NCBI GenBank assembly: GCA_965243025.1
Contig: CBDETY010000003.1
Coordinates: 2,304,001 to 2,368,000 of the forward strand
Length of the DNA stretch: 64,000 nt
Source: Candidatus Latescibacterota bacterium
GTDB lineage: Bacteria; Latescibacterota; UBA2968; UBA8231
Direction: 5' to 3'
In this document: positions 27,736-38,303 of the stretch, piece by piece
Layout of the letters: each line of letters opens with the position of its first letter
Position numbering within the stretch: the stretch's first letter is position 1
The notes under the pieces: model-generated
What the model was told of the DNA's origin: nothing
Seen by the model: only the letters and a program-made list of their open reading frames with translations
The model's database searches: none
Translations under genes and position numbers: made by a program

Positions 27736-28026
27736 CTAATCGCAGAGGCTGTCGTGGCAACCACCACCACCACCATCGCAAGGCTGGCAGTTCAATGCGA
27801 GAGTCTCGGGGATGCAATCTCCGCTACCTGCGCAGATCTGGTAGTCGCAGGAGGCCGCCGCCGGGGGCACCAGCAAGGGCTCCAGGGCTGCGTACGGCCC
27901 CGAGTTGGTCTCCGTCCCGGTGAACGGGATGAAGGCGAACACCACCCACACGGCCAAGGTGGCGACGAACGCCGCCAGACTGCGCGGCAGGATGAGCCGC
28001 GGCAACGTCGCGATGAGGTCTTTCAT
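27736..28026 (-). CDS. Small membrane-targeted precursor with Cys-rich C-terminal core (7 Cys in 38 aa); possible longer start at 28224
   Basis: MKDLIA.. hydrophobic helix, LLVPPAAA|SCDYQICAGSGDCIPETLALNCQPCDGGGGGCHDSLCD*; in-frame GTG at 28224 has AAGGAGGT SD. Confidence 0.7.
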   Translation of the reverse strand: MKDLIATLPRLILPRSLAAFVATLAVWVVFAFIPFTGTETNSGPYAALEPLLVPPAAASCDYQICAGSGDCIPETLALNCQPCDGGGGGCHDSLCD

Positions 28027-28308
28027 GGTCTTTCGTTCTCCAGTTGAGAATGATTGCGAGTTTTGGCTCCTCTTGGGTGCCCACGGGGCAGCGGCGTGCG
28101 CGTTACCGTTTTTCTTCTCCTTTCCCATGCCCTGGATTTTCTCCCTCCCAGCTCCCGGTGTAGCCTTCGGGATGCCGCGTCGTATCGCGGTGCGGTGTAC
28201 TTCCTGTCGGGCGTTGACGGCCACGGGACGTGACCTCCTTTCCGAGAGCCTTTGGGGGCCTTTCGTTTGTCTGAGAACGAAGATCGCACCGGACAGACGG
28301 CTCCGGTA

Positions 28309-28352
28309 TCACCCGAACGGGTACATTTTTGTCACCCGAAAGGGTACATTTT
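28309..28352. promoter_or_regulatory. Tandem 21-bp direct repeats, each with an ACCC-N4-GGGT palindrome; likely response-regulator boxes
   Basis: TCACCCGAACGGGTACATTTT (28309) and TCACCCGAAAGGGTACATTTT (28332), 20/21 identical, 23-bp period. Confidence 0.7.
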
Positions 28353-28460
28353 CCGAAAAATGGGGGGATTTGCCCGGAAAAACCGGGTTTGCGGGGCTCG
28401 GGACTGCCTGCGGAATTGGCGCCGAACCCGGAAAGGGAGTGACTGCCGCGAAGAGGGCAG

Positions 28461-29096
28461 CTACAGCGAGGTGAGCCCGGTGCTGATCGCGTACCTGGTC
28501 AAAGCGGCAATGCTGTGCAGGTCGAGCTTGTCCATGATGCGTTTCCGGTACGTGTTGACGGTGTTATCGCTCAAGTTCAGTCGTTTGGCAATTTCCGCTG
28601 TCTTCAAGCCCTTGCTGATGAGCCGTACCACCTCGCGCTCCTGCGCGCTCAGTTTCGGGTGGCCGGCAAGGGTCTGCACCTGGTCGTACACGGCCCCGGC
28701 CAACTCCGGGCTCAGGTAGGTGCCGCCGGCGAGGGCCGCCCGGGCGGCCCGCATCACCTCGGCCCCGGTCCGGGCGGCCCCTTTGACCACGTACCCCGAG
28801 GCCCCCGCCTCCAGCATGCCGGCGACGAAGTGCGGTTCTTCGTGCATCGACAGGGCTACCACCTTCACCTCCGGGGCCTGGGCGAGGATCTGGCGCGTCG
28901 CCTCCACCCCGCTCAGGTCGGGCAGGGCTACGTCCATGACCACGATGTCGGGCCGGCAGGCCGCGGCCTGCTCCACCGCGGTGCGCGCGTCCCCGGCTTC
29001 GCCCACCACCTCGAACCCGTCGTCCTGCGCGAACCTGGCCCTCAACGCCTCGCGCATCAGCTCGTGATCGTCCACCAGCAAAACCCGGATCGTCAT
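28461..29096 (-). CDS. NarL/LuxR-family response regulator
   Basis: LLVDDH, VMDVALP, LSMH, GYVVK, C-terminal LuxR HTH (LSAQERE..IAKRLNLSDNTV). Confidence 0.95.
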   Translation of the reverse strand: MTIRVLLVDDHELMREALRARFAQDDGFEVVGEAGDARTAVEQAAACRPDIVVMDVALPDLSGVEATRQILAQAPEVKVVALSMHEEPHFVAGMLEAGASGYVVKGAARTGAEVMRAARAALAGGTYLSPELAGAVYDQVQTLAGHPKLSAQEREVVRLISKGLKTAEIAKRLNLSDNTVNTYRKRIMDKLDLHSIAALTRYAISTGLTSL

Positions 29097-30145
29097 CGGG
29101 AACTCTCCTTTTTCTCGAGCAGCGAGGAAGGAATCGCCAGCACGCAACGCGTGCCCTGCCCCGGCGTCGATTCGATGTCGAAGGAGCCGCCGGCCTGCCT
29201 CAGGCACTCGCCGATGCTGAACAGGCCGAAACCGGTCCCCTGCCGGGGGTCCTCCGGAGAAGGATCGAAGCCGCGGCCGCGGTCGGCGACCGCCAGGCTC
29301 AGTCCGGTCCCGTCGCGGCGCAGGGACACCGCGGCCGCGTCCGTGCCGGCGTGCCGGACGACGTTGAGCAACAGCTCGCGAAGGCAGCGGAACAGCGTAG
29401 CTCGCAGACCTTCCTCCGCCACCTCGCAGTCCCCCTCGCATACCAGGCTGACCCGCAGCCCGTGCTCCTTCTCGAGCTGCCCGGCCAGCGAGTGCAGAGC
29501 GGCGACGAGCCCGTAGTAGTGGAGCTCGGGCGGACTGAGATCGAAAACCAGCGTGCGCAGTTCTTCCATCGTCCGCTCGAGCAGGCCGTCTATGTCGTGG
29601 AGCAGGGTCTGGCGTTCCTTCTCGTCCGCCTGCCGCAGGTCCTCGATCTTCATCCGCGACGCGGCCAGGGTCTGGCCGGCGCGGTCGTGCAAGTCGGCGG
29701 CAATGCGGCGGCGCTCGCGGTCTTCGACGGCGACCAACTCCGCCACCATGCGCCTTGCCTCGGTGACGTCGCGGACGATGCTCTGGTAGCCGCGGACGCT
29801 GCCGTCGGCGGCGCGCCGCACCACGTTGGTCAACAGGCAGTCGAGGCGGCGCCCGTCCCGGGTTACGAAAACGACCTCGTAGTCGCGGACGTACCCTTCG
29901 CGCTCGATCCTTTCCTGGTAGCGGGCGCGGTCTTCGGGATTGGCGTAGACGCCGAGGATGTTCATGCCGAGGAACCGTTCATGGGGCCAGTCGAACATTT
30001 CGCTCGCCGCGTGGTTGGCTTCGAGGATGGTCCCGTCGCGCGCGGTGACTATCATGGCGTCGTGGCACTCCTCGAACAGCTGGCGGTAATCCTCCGCGTT
30101 CAGCCGACCGCTCCCTTTACTCCGCTGTCGCTTCTGCCCACTCAT
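29093..30145 (-). CDS. Cytoplasmic PAS-domain sensor histidine kinase (HisKA_3 type)
   Basis: PAS/PAC (..RDVTE), ERRRIAADLHD H-box, ELLLNVVRHA, DRGRGF, GFGL; no transmembrane segment. Confidence 0.92.
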   Translation of the reverse strand: MSGQKRQRSKGSGRLNAEDYRQLFEECHDAMIVTARDGTILEANHAASEMFDWPHERFLGMNILGVYANPEDRARYQERIEREGYVRDYEVVFVTRDGRRLDCLLTNVVRRAADGSVRGYQSIVRDVTEARRMVAELVAVEDRERRRIAADLHDRAGQTLAASRMKIEDLRQADEKERQTLLHDIDGLLERTMEELRTLVFDLSPPELHYYGLVAALHSLAGQLEKEHGLRVSLVCEGDCEVAEEGLRATLFRCLRELLLNVVRHAGTDAAAVSLRRDGTGLSLAVADRGRGFDPSPEDPRQGTGFGLFSIGECLRQAGGSFDIESTPGQGTRCVLAIPSSLLEKKESSR

Positions 30146-30212
30146 ACGTGTCGTGCCCCAAGTTGACTTGTGATCTCCCGGGGCCGGAATACGGGGTTTT
30201 TTTGAGCAGCCG

Positions 30213-31706
<1,494 letters not shown>

Positions 31707-31729
31707 TTTATAGCTCCGTGCCTGCCGCC

Positions 31730-32620
31730 TCAGGGGAGCCCGGCGGCCCGCCTGGCGGCGAGAATGGTGTTGAAGAGCAGCATCGCGATGGTCATCGGCC
31801 CCACCCCTCCCGGGACCGGGGTGATGGCGCCCGCCTTCTCGCGGACGCGGTCGAAGTCGACGTTCCCGACCAGGCGATGGCCGCTGCGGCGCGTGGAATC
31901 CTCGACGCGCACCACCCCGACGTCGATCACCACGGCGCCCTCGGCGACCATGTCCGCGCTGATGATGTGGGGGCGGTCGGCCGCGGCGATGAGGATGTCG
32001 GCGGCGCGGGTGTGGGCGCCGATGTCGCGGGTGCCGGTGTGGCAGACCGTCACCGTGGCGTTGGCCCCCGGCCCCTTCTGCGCCAGCATGTTGGCCAGCG
32101 GCCTGCCGACCAGGGTGCTGCGCCCGACGACGACGACGTGCTTTCCCGCCACCTCGATGCCGCTGCGGCTCAGCATCTGCACCACCCCGTGCGGGGTGCA
32201 GGGGAGGAAGCCCTCCTCCTGGCGCACCATGCGGCCGAGGTTCACCGGGTGCAGGCCGTCGACGTCCTTGGCCGGAGCGACGGCGTTGAGGACGAGGCTC
32301 TCGTCGAGGCCGTTCGGCAGGGGCAGCTGCACGAGGATTCCGTGGACGGCCTCGTCGGCGTTGAGGGCGGCGATCAGTTCCAGCAGCTCCTCCTGCGGGA
32401 CATCGCCGGGAAGCCGGTGCTCGCGCGAGTGGACGGCGATCTTCCCGCATGCCCGGCGCTTCCCCTTGACGTAGGAGAGCGACGCCGGATCGTCGCCGGC
32501 CAGCACCACCGCCAGCCCGGGGACGAGGCCGTGCCGGGCCTGGAGGTCGGCGACCTCCCGCCGCATCTCCTCCCCCATCCCCGCGGCTATCTCGTTTCCG
32601 TCCAGGATTCGCGCCGTCAT
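31730..32620 (-). CDS. folD: Bifunctional methylenetetrahydrofolate dehydrogenase/cyclohydrolase
   Basis: YVKGK, GILVQLPLP, KDVDGLHP, PCTP, TPVPGGVGPMT. Confidence 0.97.
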   Translation of the reverse strand: MTARILDGNEIAAGMGEEMRREVADLQARHGLVPGLAVVLAGDDPASLSYVKGKRRACGKIAVHSREHRLPGDVPQEELLELIAALNADEAVHGILVQLPLPNGLDESLVLNAVAPAKDVDGLHPVNLGRMVRQEEGFLPCTPHGVVQMLSRSGIEVAGKHVVVVGRSTLVGRPLANMLAQKGPGANATVTVCHTGTRDIGAHTRAADILIAAADRPHIISADMVAEGAVVIDVGVVRVEDSTRRSGHRLVGNVDFDRVREKAGAITPVPGGVGPMTIAMLLFNTILAARRAAGLP

Positions 32621-32734
32621 CGGGTCATCGGGGGCAGTGGTGAATCGCAGGCATCGGGAAACTGTCGGTTGGCTGTTGCTCGACCCGGGCGGAAGCGGTC
32701 ATCGCTCGGCTGCGGGCGCCGCCGGCATGGGGCT

Positions 32735-34087
32735 TCAGCCCGCGGCGGTCGAGTCCCTGCCGACGGCGTCGCGGAGCGCCGCGGGGACCTTCACCGAACC
32801 GTCGGCCTGCTGGTAGTTCTCGACGATGGAGATCAGCATCCGCCCCATGGCGCAGCCGGTGTCGTTGACGGTGTGGCAGAACCTCGGCCCGCCCTGTTTC
32901 CCCTTGCAGCGGATGTTGAGGCGGCGGGCCTGGTAGTCGGTGGTGTTGGTGTCGGTCATGACCTCCATGAATTCGCCGCTGCCCGGCAGCCAGACCTCGA
33001 AGTCGCGCTGCCGGTGGCTGGCGAGGTAGCCGGCGTCGCCGCCGCACTTGTCGACCGACCGGTAGGGGAGCTCGAGGGTCTGCAGCAGCCACTCGTTGAT
33101 CTCGCCGAACTCCTCGTACATCTGCTCCGACTGCTCCGGGGCGCAGACCGAGTTCATCTCGATCTTGTCGAACTGGTGCACCCGCTTGATCCCCTTGACG
33201 TCCCTGCCCCAGGAGCCGGCCTCGGAGCGGAAGCAGGTGGTGGCGGCGAACACCCGGACCGGCAGCTCTTCCTCGGTCAGGGTGCGGTCCATGAAGTAGC
33301 TGAAGTTGGCCGGCTCCGAGGAGCCGACGAGGAACAGCTCCGTACCCTCCTCGACGTTGTGGGTTTCGATGGCGTACACCTGGTCGCGGCCCTCGGGGAA
33401 GTGGGAGGTCCCGTAGAGGGAGCGCTCGCGCACCAGCAGCGGCGGCACCATCATCTCGTAGCCGCGGCGCAGCAGCTCTCCGGACAGCAGCTGCTGCAGG
33501 CCGAACTGCATCAGGGCCGCGCCCCCGCGGATATAGGCGAAGCGGGAGCCGGAGACCTCGGAGGCCTGGGCGGTCTCCATGCCGATGGCAGGGCCGAGGT
33601 CGGCGTGCTGCCGCGGCGCGAACTCTTCCTCGGCGTGCACCGGCATCGCCGGCATGGAGGCGGCGCTGTGGTTGCCGCTTCCCAGCTCCTCGCCGGGACG
33701 GTACCCGGCACCCGGGATCCACACCTTCTCCTCGGGGTTGTCGGACTCGTCGTCGCCGTCGGGCATGTCGGGGTGGGGCCAGTTGGGGAACCAGTCGAGG
33801 ATCTGCTGCCACTCGCCGCTGACCTCGCCGAGTCCGGCCTCGAGCAGGCGCCCCTTCTCGCGCAGCTCCTGCCCCTTGCTGCGGGCGGCCTCGGGGTCGG
33901 TCCTGCCGAGCCGGGCGAGCTGCTTTTTCTCGCCGTTTACCTCGTCGATCTCCCCCTGCAACCGGCGGCGCTCCCCGTCGAGGGCGAGCCAGCGGTCGAC
34001 GTCGGCCTTGCCCGGGTCGACGCGGCGCAGGCGGATCGCCCGGCGCAGAGAATCGGGGTCGCGGCGTATGGTCCGTACGTCGATCAC
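32735..34087 (-). CDS. serS: Serine--tRNA ligase (atypical motifs)
   Basis: N-terminal coiled coil, FRSEAGS..RVHQFDKIE, TDYQARRLNIR, ENYQQADG. Confidence 0.95.
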   Translation of the reverse strand: MIDVRTIRRDPDSLRRAIRLRRVDPGKADVDRWLALDGERRRLQGEIDEVNGEKKQLARLGRTDPEAARSKGQELREKGRLLEAGLGEVSGEWQQILDWFPNWPHPDMPDGDDESDNPEEKVWIPGAGYRPGEELGSGNHSAASMPAMPVHAEEEFAPRQHADLGPAIGMETAQASEVSGSRFAYIRGGAALMQFGLQQLLSGELLRRGYEMMVPPLLVRERSLYGTSHFPEGRDQVYAIETHNVEEGTELFLVGSSEPANFSYFMDRTLTEEELPVRVFAATTCFRSEAGSWGRDVKGIKRVHQFDKIEMNSVCAPEQSEQMYEEFGEINEWLLQTLELPYRSVDKCGGDAGYLASHRQRDFEVWLPGSGEFMEVMTDTNTTDYQARRLNIRCKGKQGGPRFCHTVNDTGCAMGRMLISIVENYQQADGSVKVPAALRDAVGRDSTAAG

Positions 34088-34214
34088 TTAGATTTCACGG
34101 GCTGCTGAAAAGCGTTTCCGCCGGCTGCTCGAGGGGGCCGGATCGCGTCCCGGCGGCCGCGGATTGAGCCGGCAGGAGGGTGGTCGCGCGGCCGCTGCAA
34201 ACTTAGGAGTTGCC

Positions 34215-34862
34215 TTGTACGCTGTCATCTTCGACGTCGACGGAGTGCTCGTCGACAGCGAGGGGATGAGCTGCGGCGCCTGGCTGCCGGTGCTGGGGCG
34301 CCGCGGAATCGCGGTCCGGCTCGCGGAAATCGAGGTTTTCATCGGCCGTAGCGACCGCGCCGTCCTCGATCACTTCCGGCGGCTGCACCCCGCCGCCGAT
34401 CTCGGGGATCACCTGATCGACGAGAAGGAGCAGGAGTTCTTCGCGGCCGCCCGCGGCCGCCTGCGGGCCTTTGCCGGGCTGAAGCGGGTGCTGCGAAGGC
34501 TCGAATCCGGGGGCGTGCCCATGGCCGTCGCCTCCTCCGGGCGCCACCGGAAGATCCGCTTCTCCCTGAAGACCGCCGGCCTCGGGGGGTTCTTCGACGC
34601 GGTCTGCAGCGCCTCCGACGTCGCGCGGGGCAAGCCGGCCCCGGACCTGTTCCTGCGCGCCGCCGGCCTCCTCGGGGCAGACCCGGGTATCTGCCGCGTC
34701 GTCGAGGACTCGGTGCCCGGGATCGCCGCGGCGAAGGCCGCGGGCATGAAGGCCCTGGGGTTCACCTCGTCGCACCCCGCCCGGGTGCTTCTCGATGCCG
34801 GCGCCGACGCCGTCTTCTCCCGCTACGAAGAGCTGCCGGACCTGCTGCCCGGGGAGAGTTAG
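34215..34862 (+). CDS. HAD-family phosphatase (beta-PGM/CbbY-like)
   Basis: FDVDGVLVDSE, GKPAPD, VEDS; TTG start after AGGAG. Confidence 0.88.
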   Translation: MYAVIFDVDGVLVDSEGMSCGAWLPVLGRRGIAVRLAEIEVFIGRSDRAVLDHFRRLHPAADLGDHLIDEKEQEFFAAARGRLRAFAGLKRVLRRLESGGVPMAVASSGRHRKIRFSLKTAGLGGFFDAVCSASDVARGKPAPDLFLRAAGLLGADPGICRVVEDSVPGIAAAKAAGMKALGFTSSHPARVLLDAGADAVFSRYEELPDLLPGES

Positions 34863-34992
34863 TGCCCGGCGCGTGGTTCCGCGTCAATTCGGAAGCTCCA
34901 TAACGCCCCTGCGGCGAGCTCCCTGCTCTGCTGCTCTGGGAGAGTCGGCCCCGGGGGCAACCCCGAGCAGGTCCGGCCAATCCGCCGGCGCC

Positions 34993-35799
34993 CTACCGGA
35001 CCCAGTGGCGGAACAGGGGCTTGACGTCGTCGGGGAGCCCCTCGAACACCCCGCGAGGCACCGGGGGAACCAGGTTCTCCTTCAGTCCCCTTTCGTCGGC
35101 GAGCCGCCGGCGCTCGTCGCTGCCCGGCATCAGGCTGTCGAGGTTGAGCCACCAGGGGGCGAAGCGGATCGCCAGGCCGACCCGGGGCTCGTCCGACCGG
35201 TTGGGGGCGGCCGCGTGCCACAGCCGGCTGTCGAGCACGGCCACCGTGCCGGCCTCCCCGGTGAGGGCGGTCTCCCCCTCGAGAACGGCCTGCGGATCGA
35301 CGCCGTTGCCGCCGCTGGGGTTGTCCGGCCTGCGGTGGCTTCCCGGGGCCACGAGGGTGCCGCCGTTCTCCCGGGTGAACGGGGACAGCATCCACAGGGT
35401 CGTCAGGTGCATGACCATGTCGGGGTACGGCTGCTCTATGTGCCCGCCGTTGCGCTGGTTGAACGGCCAGTCGGCGTGCCAGTCGCCGCGGTCGTTGCCC
35501 GGGTAGTTGACGATCGAGGAGGTGTAGGAGACCCGGTAATGCTCCCCCAGCAGGTCCAGACAGAGGCCGGCGAGCCTAGCATCGATAAGGTAGGGGGTGA
35601 AGGACTGGCTGTAGCGGATCAGCCCGGAGACCGCGCCGATGTTGGGCGGCGCGTCCCGGCGCTCCTGCCGGTGGATGTCGACGGCGCCCAGGACATCGGC
35701 GCGCACCGCCCCGACCTCGTCCGTCGGAATCACCCCTTCGAGGAGGCAGAACCCCCGCTCTGCCAGCTGGCCGCGGAGTTCATCAGGGATCCGGTTCAT
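34993..35799 (-). CDS. PhyH-family Fe(II)/2OG dioxygenase
   Basis: WHADW, PGSH, LWHAAAPN..R. Confidence 0.88.
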   Translation of the reverse strand: MNRIPDELRGQLAERGFCLLEGVIPTDEVGAVRADVLGAVDIHRQERRDAPPNIGAVSGLIRYSQSFTPYLIDARLAGLCLDLLGEHYRVSYTSSIVNYPGNDRGDWHADWPFNQRNGGHIEQPYPDMVMHLTTLWMLSPFTRENGGTLVAPGSHRRPDNPSGGNGVDPQAVLEGETALTGEAGTVAVLDSRLWHAAAPNRSDEPRVGLAIRFAPWWLNLDSLMPGSDERRRLADERGLKENLVPPVPRGVFEGLPDDVKPLFRHWVR

Positions 35800-35917
35800 C
35801 TTGGAATCGCCAAACTGAGGCGGCTTTGCTGCCCCATGTGCTCACAATGTATGAACATGACTTGCTCCAATGGTTGAAACCCCACTGATGCTCCGGACCT
35901 GGTTCGCCCGCGGCGGG

Positions 35918-37183
35918 TCATGCCGGCTGCGCCGCGGCTCCCTTGAGCTCCGCGATGCGGGCGGGCCGGAAGTACGCTGAGAACAGCGCGGTCCCCAGGA
36001 CACTGGCGACCGCGGCAATCGCGAACAAGGTCCCGTACCCGGAAGCGGCGATCACCTGCCCCCCGAAGCCCCCGGTCAGCATGAAGGAGAACCCCATCGC
36101 CATCGAGCTGACCGCGGCCATCCCCGGCCGCCAGCGCGCCTCCACGATCTCCTGCTGGAAGACGGTCAGGACCGGCAGGCGGATCGCCGACAGCGCATGC
36201 ACGAGAAAGACGGTGCAGGCCGCCCCCGCCCAGTTGCCCGACAGCATGACCGGCAGCAGCGCGGCCCCCGCAAGCAGCGAGGTGGCGGCGATGGTCGTCC
36301 GCTGGCCCCGCGAGGCGACGATCAGCGGCGTCGACAGGGCGGCCAGTCCGCTCACCAGCATGGCGGTCGCGGAGACGGCTCCGATCAGCGCCGTCGGCTC
36401 CCCGAGGAAGTCGTCCATGTAGACGTTGAAGAAGGTCTGCTGGGTCGCCATGGAGATGGCGCAGAGGAAGCCGGCCCCCGCCACCGCGGCCATGGGACCG
36501 CGGGGACGCGGCGATACCCCACGCGCGCCCGCGCCTGCGGGCAAGTCCTCCGCCTGTCTGGTGGCGGCGACGGCGAGAGCGGCCGGGACGATCATGGCCG
36601 CGGCGAAAAACAGCGGATACCGGTAGGGAGCCGGCGCGTCGAGGGAGGTCCCGGTCAGGGCGGCGATGGTCCCGGGAAGCACCCCTCCGACGAGGTTGCC
36701 GGCAAACCCGGCGATCGGCCACATCGCCGCCTGCACCGAGAACACGTGGGTGCGCTCGACCCGGGTCGTGATGGACAGCAGAAAGGGGCCGGCGTTGACG
36801 ATGGAGAGGGCGAAACCGAAGGCCCGCGGCAGGCGGGCCAATATCAGCCAGTGCGCCTGCCATTCGCGCGGCATGAACTCGGCGAAGGGCAGCATCGAGT
36901 TGCCGACGGCGATGAGCGCCAGGCCGAGGACGATCATCCGGCGCGGGCCCCAGCGTCTTCCCATCGCCCCGGCCGGAAGGCAGAGGAGGGCGTAGGAGGC
37001 CGCCCCTGTGGCGTTGACGAAGCCGACGAACCCGATGTCGTACCCGAGGCGCAGCAGGTAGATGTTGAGAAGCAGGTTGTAGATGCCGCTGGAGGAGGCG
37101 AACCCCACCAGGGCGCCGCTCAGCAGGTAGAGGCGTACGTCGCGGTTGAACGAGCGGACGATCTCTAGGTATTCGCGCAGCAA
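35918..37183 (-). CDS. MFS transporter
   Basis: About 12 hydrophobic helices, GAMGRRWGPRR motif A. Confidence 0.85.
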   Translation of the reverse strand: MLREYLEIVRSFNRDVRLYLLSGALVGFASSSGIYNLLLNIYLLRLGYDIGFVGFVNATGAASYALLCLPAGAMGRRWGPRRMIVLGLALIAVGNSMLPFAEFMPREWQAHWLILARLPRAFGFALSIVNAGPFLLSITTRVERTHVFSVQAAMWPIAGFAGNLVGGVLPGTIAALTGTSLDAPAPYRYPLFFAAAMIVPAALAVAATRQAEDLPAGAGARGVSPRPRGPMAAVAGAGFLCAISMATQQTFFNVYMDDFLGEPTALIGAVSATAMLVSGLAALSTPLIVASRGQRTTIAATSLLAGAALLPVMLSGNWAGAACTVFLVHALSAIRLPVLTVFQQEIVEARWRPGMAAVSSMAMGFSFMLTGGFGGQVIAASGYGTLFAIAAVASVLGTALFSAYFRPARIAELKGAAAQPA

Positions 37184-37435
37184 CTAATGCCCTGTCCCAT
37201 CGATATCTTCCGCCGATCCACCCCGCCCTGGCGGCCGAATTGTTGCAGTCTGTTCCGTGAGCGGATCGCAGCTTCCCGGCTCTGAACAGGCTGCGGGGGA
37301 GATTCCGCGGCAGAGTTTCCCGGCTCGCAAGTGCCGTCGAGGATGGATTCGCGAAATGGCCGGGAGGATTCAGGCGGGACGACACCGGGTGGCAGCGCGA
37401 GGCCGCTGTTCCCGCCCCGCGGCTGCCCGCTGCCC

Positions 37436-38293
37436 CTATCTCGCGAAGGTCGAGCTCTTCAGGACGGTCTGGGTCTCGTAGATCGAGCCGGGCCTCTGGG
37501 CGGGGGGAAGGGGCAGGCGCCATGGGACCTCTTCCATGCGCGGCTCCAGGACCGGCTCGCCGCGCACGTACGAGGCGCAGTATTGATCCCAGTCGAGCTG
37601 CTGGCAGAGGGGCCAGGAGTCCCCGGCGCAGTACTGGAGCAGCAGCAGGCGCCGGGGATTGGCCGAGGAGTTGGGCAGCGAAGCGTGCAGGGCGCGCACG
37701 TGGTGGAGGGAGATGCCGCCGGCCTCCACCTCGATCAGCTCGGCCTTCGAATCGTCGAACCCGGCCTCGGTGACGGCGCCGGCGAAGCAGCCGTCCTGGT
37801 GGTGGTCCCGGATCTTCCCCTTGTGGGAGCCGGGGATGACCATCAGGCAGCCGTTCTGCTCGGTCATGTCGTCGATGGCCACGCCGACGGCGAGCAGGTC
37901 GTCGTTGGTGTGCGGGTAGAAGGCCCAGTCCTGGTGCCAGTGGACGGGGCTGCCGAACTCCCCCGACTTCATGTTGAGTTTGTCGCCGTTGGTGCGGATC
38001 GCGTCCCCCCCGATCAGCTGGGCGACGATGTCGAGGATGCGGTCGTTGCGCAGGGCCCCGTCGTACGCCGGATGCGCCTTCACCGGGCTCTTGAGGCGGC
38101 GCAGCCTGGGGAACTCCGGGGTGTGGTCGGGCTCGAGGTCGAAGACCCCGTCGTGCTCGGTCACTTCCCGCGACTTCTCGACGAACTCGTCGGTGACCCG
38201 GCGCAGCCCGGCGACTTCGGCCGCGGTCAGGACCCCTTCGACGCTGCAGTATCCCTTTTCGTGGTACGCTTCGATTTCCTGTCGGGAAAGCAT
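37436..38293 (-). CDS. PhyH-family dioxygenase
   Basis: KLNMK..WHQDW, IPGSH, LHASLPN..R. Confidence 0.9.
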   Translation of the reverse strand: MLSRQEIEAYHEKGYCSVEGVLTAAEVAGLRRVTDEFVEKSREVTEHDGVFDLEPDHTPEFPRLRRLKSPVKAHPAYDGALRNDRILDIVAQLIGGDAIRTNGDKLNMKSGEFGSPVHWHQDWAFYPHTNDDLLAVGVAIDDMTEQNGCLMVIPGSHKGKIRDHHQDGCFAGAVTEAGFDDSKAELIEVEAGGISLHHVRALHASLPNSSANPRRLLLLQYCAGDSWPLCQQLDWDQYCASYVRGEPVLEPRMEEVPWRLPLPPAQRPGSIYETQTVLKSSTFAR

Positions 38294-38303
38294 CTCTTCT
38301 CAC

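Noticed and set aside
27736-28026. Ranthipeptide, sactipeptide or lanthipeptide assignment for the Cys-rich peptide
   Set aside because: No radical SAM, LanB/C/M, YcaO or peptidase-ABC transporter in the window, and the leader is a hydrophobic membrane-type segment.
37257-37266. GTGAGCGGAT matching part of the lac operator
   Set aside because: Only 10 bp, no symmetric half-site and no vector context; chance match.
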